Assembly: GCA_040357565.1 (NCBI GenBank)
Contig: JBDODJ010000108.1
Length of the DNA stretch: 37,447 nucleotides
Source of the DNA: Cercozoa sp. M6MM
Taxonomy: Eukaryota; Protista; Endomyxa: Ascetosporea
Strand: one strand, 5' to 3'
Positions within the stretch are counted from its first letter, which is position 1. Each line of letters begins with the position of its first letter. Both the position numbers and the translations under genes were made by a program. The notes below the pieces were generated by a model that saw nothing but the letters and a program-made list of their open reading frames with translations, ran no database searches and was not told where the DNA came from. Of this stretch, positions 12,300-22,557 are shown piece after piece.

Positions 12300-12418
12300 G
12301 TGGCTAGGTGAACATCACAGAAAACAGACCCGGTCCCATTCCGAAGTTAAGCTCTGTTGAGCCCGTGGTACTAGGGTGGGGGACCACCTCGCCTGGGAAT
12401 CGCGTGTTCTACGAGTTC
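12300..12418 (+). pseudogene. 5S rRNA-like sequence (degenerate copy, pseudogene or 5S-derived element)
   Basis: Contains CCGAAGTTAAGC (box A region), GGTACTAGGGTGGGGGACCACC (IE/box C region) and CCTGGGAATC in 5S order and roughly 5S spacing. ACAGA/TCTGT can form helix II. Loop C is shortened, there is an insertion near 12388-12393, helix I is imperfect, and no T4+ terminator follows. Confidence 0.7.
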
Positions 12419-12628
12419 GTGTGACGGGTCAGTAAGTATCGTATGCGATGGTATGCACGAGCCTCGCGGAGTCGGTTTCTTCAGTTAGTAGACTGAACTA
12501 ACTATCGGTCATTTGACGAGGTCGATCGAAGCGACAAGTTGCTTAATGGCACAAACCTTGTTCCTGCCCAGACACCAAAAGGGATAAGTATGGTGCTCAT
12601 TTACGTGCCCAATGCGAATTTCTGCTGC

Positions 12629-15600
12629 TTAGGGTAACTTACTGCCGTCGTCGCGCAAGTGTGAGCGCGCAAGGAAGGCGGGCGACGACATGGCGTTGCT
12701 GAACGGCGAGTTGACAACGACGCGGTCAGCGGGCGCATCGTCGGCATCGCCGCCGCCCGACAGTTGGCGATGCACCTGTCGCAGCTCCTCGAGCATGTCG
12801 GTACGCAGCGACTGCATCTGCTGCTGTATCGTGAACAAGTCGACCGTGCGCTGTTCTACGTGCAGCAGAGTGCGCAGCTTCTCGATCGTGCGGATCTACA
12901 GCACACAACCGAAGGTGTCAGAGGTCACACAGACACACAGACACAGACACACAGACACAGACACAAGACACACGCACAGAACAAAAAATAGATACCTGCT
13001 CAGCTGCCGAGTTGTGTTGCCTAGAGTAAGTAGAGTAGATGAATCGACTGAGAAAGCAGACCAGAAGAGAAGCAAGGCAGAGAGGTACCGCGTGTAGCGT
13101 CGTCGGAAGCGATGCCAACACGAGTTGCCGCGCGTCGTCGCCGTCGCTCGGTTCGCACTCACTGGCGCTGCCGATGCCAGCGTGCCGCCTTTTGGCAAGT
13201 ACAGTTGGACATGTGCATGGCCAGGAGAGAGAACGGACAGAGAGGTCAGGTACCGGGAGGAACGTAGGTGCCTTCATTAAGCTCGGCCACTTCCTGACTG
13301 CGCAAGTATACGATACATGGGCTAACCTGTATGCAAGGTCTACAAGAGGGAAGTGTACGTCCACTGTCGTCGTGCAATGCCTTCTAGGTTAGCAAAGCAC
13401 GCCTCGATCTCTTCGTTTAACTTCTGCGCAGCGACGTAGTCGGCGATCTTTCTGTGCAGCAGCACACAACGTGTCAAAGTACAAACACAACAAAGATGCT
13501 GCCAGGCCAGACAACTGCACCGCTGGGTGGGCGACAGGGACAGTGCCGACAACCACGCACTGCACAAAGCACCAACTTAAATACACAGAGTGCACACATG
13601 GCATCGTACCCAACGAATGAAGCCGTCACAAGCATGCCAAACAGCGACTGCATCGCGCCCACAAACAAGCCCTGTGAGCACAACAAACAGACACATCAAT
13701 CAGAACACGAAGAAGCCGGAGATGAGCCTAAACACCGAAGATGTGACGGGTTCTTGTCCACCATAGCCGACTGAGGTGAAGGTGATGATCGTAAAGTACA
13801 CCGACTTGGTGAACGTGAAGGCCTGCGGCTGCTCCTGCCGTTCGCAGATGTCTGTGCATCACACAGGTACATGGAAGGTGTCTGCCCTGTCAGCAGTAAG
13901 ACAGGGTATCTTGTACAGATTGTGTAGGCGAACAGGATGGTTGAGGCGAGCATCGACACGCTGACCACCTGAACATGAGTGCAGGATCCGACACTCCATG
14001 TGTGAGACATGACATAGTACAGTGAAGGGACGCAGGTGGTAGAAGATCTTGAGTGCCAGTCCCGAGTCGAATGCCGTGTGACTCTCCTACCCAAGCACAC
14101 ACAGCATTCACACCCCCCCCCCATTTAAGCATCGGTTGTGTCGCACCAAGTGAATGTTTTGCGCGATGTCGTGCCGATAGATGAACAGATCCGAATGGTC
14201 GCGGTACACACGAATCTAAGTGGCACACATAGCATACGGACACTGAGCAAGGTACATTAGCAAGAGTACCCACAGATACAGTCGCAGAAAGACGAACACG
14301 GTGCCTTTCTCACCCCAGATGTCCATACCTGTAACATTCCCCCATACAGACACAAGCACACCCCTTCAACAGGGAAAGAGTCAACCCTACCGAGACTCTC
14401 TTCGAGGTAGTCGATAAACACGATGGGATGCAGTGAGCACACGGCAATCTCCAGCAGCATCTGCCAGAAAAGCGGCGAGTGTCGAATCGAGATGACTACG
14501 CCACCACAGAGAATCACATCACACCAATAGGGACAGATAGACAAGTGCGAACACTACATCCATCCTGCCGTGCCACCAGTCGAAAGTAGACATAGAGACG
14601 CCACATGAGCACCTGGGTGCAGACACACAAGCGTGAACAATCCCCTCCCTTCTGACACCAGAAACTGGCGGGTACAAAGGTAAGTGCCGTCACGATTAGT
14701 TTTAGCACACTGCCAGCAGCCTTCAACTCAAAGCGACCTGTCCATTCCAACAGACGGCACAACAATACACAGACAGCAACACAGGAGACGAACACACCCG
14801 TGTCACGATCGAAGAAGGTCTCATTGATGATGACACTTAGCACTGGGTTCGCACAATGTGGGTACTCCAGGCAGGACCACTGGGCGGAACCAAGGTGTCA
14901 GTACCAACAGAAGCCAAGCCAAGTAGCGCGTTCTGCAGGTTCAACCGACGGATTCGCTCGTCGTCTTGTACAGTGCGACGCAGCGTTGTTGGAATGTAGT
15001 TTCTCACTGCAACAGACACACCCACACCACGTAACGCCGTCAGAAAAGAAGGACCACACACACTGGACAGAAGCACCAATCTGCCGCACGTCATCCGAGT
15101 TCGCTGCCGCTGCTGCTGCCTCGCGGAATTGCACCTGCTCAAAACAAACCTTCCATCAAGAACTCTGGTCACTTAGCAGGCCGTATACCTCCTCGCGGTA
15201 GTTTTCAAGCTTTCGTCGACGTCGCAAGGTGCCATCTCCGGACTGCACACATGTGCAGGTACTCATCCTGCCTCCTCTTAGTCCGGGATACCAAGAGCGA
15301 TTCGTCCTCTTCACTCTCACTCTCGTTGCGAACGTCCTCGTCGAACTCTTCGTCCAGCGCGTTGCTTTGTGGCAGGTCTGCCCAGTCGTAGAACTGAATA
15401 ATCGGGGTCCACAATCCACTAAACGTACTGTACCACCGAATCGTGCGAAGTCATTGTTCCGTCGTTGCCGCTGCCTTCTTCTGCCAGAGACTGTTTGAGC
15501 GTCCTGCGAAAGAGGTGCGCCGCTGTTTTCGCCTGTTCTAGGAATCAAGCTCGTGCCAGCGAGAACGGGATCAGCGCTCTCGGCTGACGTATGGAGTGGA

Positions 15601-15629
15601 TGATCATCGAGGCTCACATAGTCTTCCAT
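12629..15629 (-). CDS. Small-conductance Ca2+-activated K+ channel-like protein (SK/KCNN family)
   Basis: Spliced exons give S2 SVLKLIVTALTFVLMWRLYVYF, S3 QMLLEIAVCSLHPI, S4 FVFLRLYLW|IRVYRDHS, pore helix/filter SVYFTIITFTSVGYG and S6 FVGAMQSLFGMLVTASFVG, then a C-terminal coiled coil (LFTIQQQMQSLRTDMLEELRQ). ATG at 15629, TAA at 12629-12631. Confidence 0.85.
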
Positions 15630-15827
15630 TGCTTGACAACCTAAAACTATAGACCAGACCAACACACGTGTGCTGGTGTCAGGGTGCCTGCACAATAAGC
15701 CAGCAGCCTTTTAGCAAAAATTAAAGGAGTCCCAAGGTTGCGATCATTCTAGGTTTTCGCTCAGGAGGCCACTCAGCAACCTTCAGGTGGACGCCATCCG
15801 ATACAAAACAGTTCCAACACGCGTGGG

Positions 15828-17475
15828 ATGCCACCGCTGGCTGGTTACTTCACCGGATCGCTTGTCGTCGGTGTGTCTGGCGCGTATGCCTATGTACCGC
15901 CATTTTTGTCGCCCGAATGTGTGTGCTGACAGAATGTTGATCAGACGCTGTGGAAACGACCTGGTGCACTACAGCAGGTGCGTTGTTATGTTGGCATGTC
16001 GCGGACCGTAAATGCCTGCTGGCATGCGCAGAATGTGGCCATGTGGCTTGCGGTGCACCTCGCACTGGCCATGCTGGCGACGGTGTCGTTCTGCCGCGTC
16101 TGGCTCTCCGATGGCGGTCGCGTTTCTCACGAGGTGTCGCAGTGTTCTCTTGCTTTCTGAGTTGGGCAAAGTGAGAGCTTGGACTGCAGGTGATGAATGC
16201 ACCGCTGATGCGACACACGGCGTCGTACTTCACGCACCGAGGACGGCACCATGCCGTCAATGCCGACAGGAGGCGCAACGGCTGCCGACGGTGCACAGTC
16301 GTTTGTACACTCTGTCCAGGAGTCGACTTACTTGTGCCCAGTGCAGGTTCTGCTTCCGGTGTCGACACTTCAAGCCCGACCGTGCACATCACTGCGATTC
16401 CGTACTGTCGCCGCCATGTGTGAGTGTGGTATCTGCTGTGTCTGTAAAAGTGACTTGACACAGTGCGGACACTGCGTGCTGGCCATGGACCACCGTACCA
16501 TGCCTGATGTATGTATTTATGGATATACTGTTACCCCTGTTGTGTCCCAGACTGCGTGTTCTTTGGTCGCTGCGTCGGGCACGCCAACCAAAAGTTCGTA
16601 CGATGTCTGTCTTGTCCTGCAGCAACAACAAGTGTGCCCCTGTGCAGTTCTTCCTGTTCCTGTTGTACACGTCGCTGTGCGGCATCTCGATGGCGATTAC
16701 CTCCTACAAGGCTGCCTTTCATGTACGTGCTTTCCTCTGTCTGGGTGTGTGTATGTGTAGACTTATTGGTATATATTCTTATATTCTTAGGCACTGAGAC
16801 CATCGCTGCTCTTTTCGATGAGTGTACGTGCATGTTGTGTGTTGTGTTCTTGCGTGTTGAGACCGAGTGGCCCCTGCAGTGGGACGAAAGCACGTGGCTG
16901 CTGGCGCTACAGACCGCTCTGGTACGCACTCTTTCCGTGCCTGGTCTCTCTGCTTTTCACTCAATTCGCAGGCCTTTGTTGGAGTCGTTTTCGCCTTCGC
17001 GCTTGCTCTCTTTTCTTTGGTATCCTCGGCCCTCCCTTGCACAGCCGGGAATCTCGCATGCTGAGGTGTTGCACAGGTGAGCGGCTTTGCGCCCTTTGTG
17101 TTGGGTCTGACCACACTAGAGATGCAAGAGATTCAGGGTACCTGATACCGCCAGTCCGATTGGTGCGGTAGCCTGTATCATGGTGTGTGTCGCACAGGCC
17201 ACGTGAGGTTCGGCCAGCCGTGGTGCAATCCGTACAACTTGGACACCCGTTGTTGGGCACCCCTGAGGAATATTAAGCGTGTCATGGGACCGTCGGTTTG
17301 GCTTTGGTTGCTCCCGGTGAGACAGGGTACGGTGTTCCTTTATTTACTTGCTGCAATGTCATGTGGGTGTACTGTAGACACGCACGAACTGGCCGGCTAC
17401 TGTCCCGAGATCAACGAAACGCGCATCGAAACACTGCGCTCACTCAGTAGCGTTGGTGACAGCGGCACGCGTTGA
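15828..17475 (+). CDS. ZDHHC: DHHC-type protein S-palmitoyltransferase
   Basis: The spliced Cys-rich domain reads RFCFRCRHFKPDRAHHCDS..CGHCVLAMDH|HCVFFGRCVGHANQKF|FFLFLLY. A C-terminal NPYNL..NIKRVMGPSVWLWLLP (PaCCT-like) motif is present. TGA at 17473-17475. Confidence 0.92.
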
Positions 17476-17901
17476 CCGTCGCGTCATGGCTCGAGTGTAA
17501 TTTTTCCGTTTTGAAAGCAGACAAAACGCATGGCATCGCCTTCAAATAGTTAGTTACGTTAGTTGAGTCTTTTCTCAAACCTCGTATGTAGTTCCCCTGC
17601 ACCAGTCTGGGGTCACAAGAGCATTATCGCCTTCAAGTAACTCCGTCAAGGTCAGCTGTTCCGTCCATCACAACATGCATTTGCATATCGGGCGGTGCGA
17701 TAAGTTAGTCACAGTTTGCGCTTGATCAAGAGCGAAAAACTACAATCAGAAAGCTGAACTCGCAACGCAAAACATAGACTACATAGCGTACGATACTGCC
17801 GCGGCGGGACGTAAACGTACAGTAGTTGAAATCAATTGAAAACCTTCCGTCAAATCAATCCACGCGAAGTTATCCATGGGGCGCGAGGCGAGGCGAGGAC
17901 T

Positions 17902-18003
17902 TCAGCGCAGTCGTCCGAGTTGTGAAGGTTGTTGTTGTTGCTGTTGTTGTTGTTTTATCAGCTGTTGCAGTTGTAGTTGTTGTTGTAGTAGTTGTTGTAG
18001 TTC

Positions 18004-18050
<47 letters not shown>

Positions 18051-18152
18051 GNNNNNNNNNNNNNNNNNNNNNNNNNNNNNNNNNNNNNNNNNNNNNNNNN
18101 NNNNNNNNNNNNNNNNNNNNNNNNNNNNNNNNNNNNNNNNNNNNNNNNNNNG

Positions 18153-18198
<46 letters not shown>

Positions 18199-19205
18199 AT
18201 TAGTTGTTGTAGTTGTAGTTGCAGTTGGTGTTGTTGTTGTAGTAGTTGTTGTAGTTCTTGTTGTTGGTGGTGTTGGTTTTGTTGGTACGGTTGCGATGCT
18301 TGCGCAGACACAGATGACGGTGCTAGGGTGAGATTGCTCGCGCTGACACTGCAGCACAGCGTGAAACCAGTTCCACTGACGCTGGCACCGACACTGGCAC
18401 CGACACTGGCACCGACACTGGCACTGACACTGGCACCGACACTTACACTGGCACCAACACTGGCACTCGCACTGACACCGCCACTGACACTGGCACTCGC
18501 ACTGACACTGGCACTGGCACTCGCACTGGCTCCATCACCGTCACCGTCAATGTCGGTGCCGCTGTCGGCATCGAACGAGTGGCAACTGTCCACGCTGTCG
18601 AAGTCATCGGCGGCAACTTGCGCTTGAACGTACCGCAACCGGTAGGCCTTTGCTCTCTACAGTGCCCCCACCACACGGTATACAGAAGGTACAGCACCCC
18701 TCCCCCAAACAGAAGTGAATCAAAAAAGGCGACACTGGCCGCAACTTGAGTCGGAAGGAAGGGAATACCAGAGCTGCACACGAAAACACACATCGCTCTT
18801 TGTCGTGCGTGACCAAACATAGAGTCTACTGTGCACTAGAAATGGAAACAGCACCTCGCAGTTGTTCTTGCGCCAACACCTCTTGTGCCATCAAAAACAG
18901 ACGATGGTTGTGAGTGCCCTTAACCTCGCCGGCTTTCAGTCTGCGTTTCTCGAGTTCGACACGTGCCTGCGCGATCTTGACGCGACACTTTCGCAGAGTC
19001 TCGCGTCGGATGTGGCATGTTTCGGCAGCAGGGTTTCCGGCGGCTTCCGGTTTCGACTCGTAGGCGAGGCGTCTTTGCGCCGAGGCTTGCCGTCGTGGCT
19101 TCAGTTGGTGCTCACTGGCAGAGCGAGCTATGGGGCGTGGGATCGCCTCTGGCGTCTGGACGACAGAGGGACTGCTCTCACCGAAACACGTCCATACATA
19201 TACAC

Positions 19206-19273
<68 letters not shown>

Positions 19274-19430
19274 ACATGATGGGAGGAGAAGGTTTCGCAG
19301 TCTTCTTCTTCTTCTTGACGCGTCTCTTCGGACGCGAGTTCACTTTCGACACGGGGTGCTTGGAGCACATCAGTGCCATCAGCTGTCGCTGCCGCTGGGC
19401 AGCCGCGCGTCGGACACGTCCTGGCATCAT
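17902..19430 (-). CDS. Hypothetical low-complexity protein (basic NLS-like N-terminus, acidic patch, SA/SVGA repeats, polyQ tail)
   Basis: Four phase-compatible exons: MMPGRVRR..RPKRRVKKKKKTAKPSPPII|SPSVVQTPE..SAQRRLAYE..EQLRA|LVFPSFRLKLRP|RAKAYRLRYVQAQVAADDFDSVD..ASASASVSASAS..SVGA..QQQ. The 3' end crosses an N gap, so the stop position is assumed. Confidence 0.55.
17928..18285 (-). repeat. (CAA)n polyglutamine-encoding trinucleotide tract with a duplicated QQQELQQLLQQQ unit
   Basis: GTT-rich tract on the + strand. GTTGTTGTTGTAGTAGTTGTTGTAGTTCTTGTTGTTG occurs on both sides of the gap. Confidence 0.9.
18052..18151. other. Assembly gap (100 N)
   Basis: Run of 100 N inside the (GTT)n tract. 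Confidence 0.99.
18372..18530 (-). repeat. Coding 12-bp/6-bp minisatellite (GGCACCGACACT-like) encoding SVGA/SASA repeats
   Basis: Tandem CTGGCACCGACA / CTGGCACTGACA units are directly visible. Confidence 0.85.
19209..19271 (+). repeat. (AG)n microsatellite, intronic; (TC)n on the sense strand
   Basis: Directly visible. Confidence 0.95.
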
Positions 19431-20357
19431 GCGTTTTGTTGCAGTCTGCAAAACAGATAGAGATGTTGCCTCGATCAGACACAGCAGTATCTCACTGATG
19501 AGCACAGAGTGATCGAATGATCGAGAGCGACAAAACAACTCGACTCAAAAAAGTCGCTGGTCATGGCCAACAACAAAACCTGGCAGACCACAAAAACGAC
19601 ACACAACCCCAAAAACGGACCCTGCACTCGACTAGTGAGTGCAACGATGGCCTCAAGTGTGGCAGTGTACCGTGTGTTGTCTCTAATGCGTCAAAAGCTT
19701 CGCGCGAGTGCTTCTGTGTCTCAGAACGAACGAAGAGTAGCCGATTTTTTCATCTTCCGCCTGCGGCCTCTAAATGGCTGCCCGGGTGCAAAAGCCCGTC
19801 GGATCTTGTGCACTGGCACTGTGGGTACCATACTGCGCCGATCAAGCATTGCGTAGCATTCTTTTCAGGGTGCGTCGTTTTTGCATGGAATTTTTGCGTG
19901 GCATTGGGTGTTCCGGTGCAAAAAAACAAAAACGATCCACCCTTGGAAGCACAAAACGACATTGCTCGTTTCATGCTGCAATTTAGGGAGTGCGAGCACA
20001 TCTAAGGAATGCCAGTGCGAATTTGAGTGTGTTCCACTGCTCAACCTGTCTAAATAGTCACAGTCGCGGGTCACATCACAATTTTTTTTGACTTTTCGAG
20101 TGTTGACGTTTTTGACCAGGCTGCATGGGTGGTATTTATTGAGCCCGTGACTGCGAGGCGACTTCCTGGCCATGGTATAACTTATCCATGATCCCAGTCG
20201 AATCAGTACGCTGTAAGTAGTCCGTCTGCTCAGGCGACGATAGCAAAAAATCGGGACGGATCGCGATTAAATGAAATACGATAATTAAACCGAAGGCCAC
20301 TTTAGAATCAGCCCACCGCGCGACAATATAAGTTGAGGTCGAGTCTGGTGGTCCGAA

Positions 20358-22319
20358 TTACATGATGTCGCGGCGTTGCAGCGGGGCCTCGTCAAACTCG
20401 TTCTGCTTGATCGTCTGCACCAAAACAGCTACCAGGCAAGACACACAGTCGACAGACCGCGAGAGACATGTACCTTGTGCGGCGCAATACGCGTGTTGCG
20501 CAGCAGCACTTCTTCGGCCACCTTGACCGACTACAGAAGACCCACTGAAACAGGCGAAAGCGAGAGACAGTGGTCCTTACCTTGCCGAGCACGACGAGGT
20601 CCGTCAGACGCGCCCAGCGGCCAACCTGGCACTTCCAGCCAACGATGGCGTTGTCGATGAGGGCACCAGCACCCACCTTGCTTCCTGTAAATCGATGTAA
20701 ACCGAGAGTATCAGGATGAGATCGAGATAGATAGATAGAGATAGAGATAGAGATAGAGATAGATAGAGAGAGATTCAATACCCTCGAAAATAGCACAGTT
20801 GCGCAGACGCACATTGTCTCCCACGACCACGTTGGGTCCTTTAAACGCACACGCACACATACACCAATGGAAACATTGGGTACAGTAGAATGGTGTACCA
20901 ATGACGACATTGTCACCCAGACACGCCGACTCCGGCACCTGTGGCGCACCAAAGGTATGAGTAGGATGGCTTGAGTACAATGTGTCTGGGTTATACCTTG
21001 GCAGTCGGGTGGACAAGTCGCTTCTCGCCCTGCGACGACAGGAACAGGCGCTGACCCTTGAGGTAGTCGTGTGGCTGCAAAGGATCTCACGATGAATGTA
21101 AATAAGGGTAGGGTCAGGGTGCATTGCTACCTGACCAATGTCCATCCAGAAAGACGGCAGCACGAAACGGAACAACTGCCAGTGTCGACCAAAATGAAAA
21201 TCAAAGCACCAACGAAACACCGAGACACACCTGCTCATCCGCCGCCATCTGCGGGAACACCTCTCTGCGAAAATAAACACACAGATCTTATGACATTGGT
21301 GATTCCATCTTTATAGTGTGGTACCGCTCGATCGACATGGGACGCTCTTCGATGCGCTCCAGCACACACGGGTCCAGGATGTACAGACCGGCGTTGATCT
21401 TGTCACCCACTGCACATGAGCACCAATCACTCATCAGTTATCAGTCATCAGCACAGCTACTGTACCCCACTCCTTTGGCTTCTCAACAAAGCACTCGATC
21501 TGACCATCGGAATCGGCAACAACCACGCCGTACTTTGACGGTTCCTGCGAAGGAACACGCACCAGTACAGATGTAAAACTCCGCAGGAAACGAGTACCTT
21601 GACCGTCGTGACCAGGATCGTACCCGAACCCGAGTGAGACCTGTGTGCATACATGTGTGCACACATCAGCAAACCAGCAGGGAAAGAAGGACGTTTGGTA
21701 TACCGGTGGAACTGCAGCATGTTGGCCAGCGGGAAGTCGCAGATCACGTCGCTGTTCAGCACGAAGAACGGCGATTCGTCAGCAGCCAGGATCTAAGGAC
21801 GAACCCAGATTAATGATACACGACGAGCAAAGTGGCATAGGCAAGTACCTCCTTGGCCAAGGCGAGAGGACCGGCAGTGCCAAGCGGCGTGTCCTCCAAC
21901 GAGATCGTCACATCGACGCCGTACCTGCCAAACATGGTGAGCACCAGTGTCAACGAGCTGCTCAACATAGCGGCACGAGAAAGCAATCATACTTTTCAGA
22001 AAGTCCAGAGGCAAACTCGGCCATGGCTTCGCTCTGGTAGCCCACGGCGAGCACCACATGTTTCTGCCCATTGGTCAAAGAGCACACTCAATGTGCACTC
22101 CACTTTACTGCCGGAGGTACCACGCCAATGGCGACCAGGGCCTTGACTTGGTGCTCCACAATGGGCATGTTGGCCAGCGGCACTGAGCACATCACACCCG
22201 ATTAGTACGCAGGTAGCAAGAAGCACAGGAAACTTACCCATCGGCTTGGGGACCGAGAAGGTCAGCGGACGCAGACGCGTGCCAAAGCCGCCCACAAGAA
22301 TCAGCGCCTTCAGAGGCAT
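20358..22319 (-). CDS. GMPPB: Mannose-1-phosphate guanylyltransferase (GDP-mannose pyrophosphorylase), catalytic subunit type, 16 exons
   Basis: Fully spliced by hand across 15 GT-AG introns. Motifs are [106 protein letters not shown] and hexapeptide repeats ([32 protein letters not shown]). Ends in DIM*. Confidence 0.96.
20725..20772 (+). repeat. (ATAGAG)n/(ATAG)n microsatellite in a GMPPB intron
   Basis: Directly visible. Confidence 0.9.
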
Positions 22320-22557
22320 CTTCTGTGTGCGCACATGTGTGACCTCTTTGGCAGCAATATTACACAAAGCACACGGCTGCCACACAGCAATGGTACCTAG
22401 ATAATACAGGAACACCCTAAGTCTTGTCTGCGCGTCTGTCAGAGACTCTTTGGGCGTGTTTCAGTCATGCCGTTAAGGATGCGGTTTGAACTGTTTTTGG
22501 TGTTTTGCACGTGATTAGACCCCTGCAATAGCGAATTATATAGTGTAGACATTCTGC

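Noticed and set aside
20358-22319. Alternative genetic code or non-canonical splice sites
   Set aside because: The conserved GMPPB splices fully with GT-AG introns and no in-frame stops. TAA, TAG and TGA all serve as terminators in the window.
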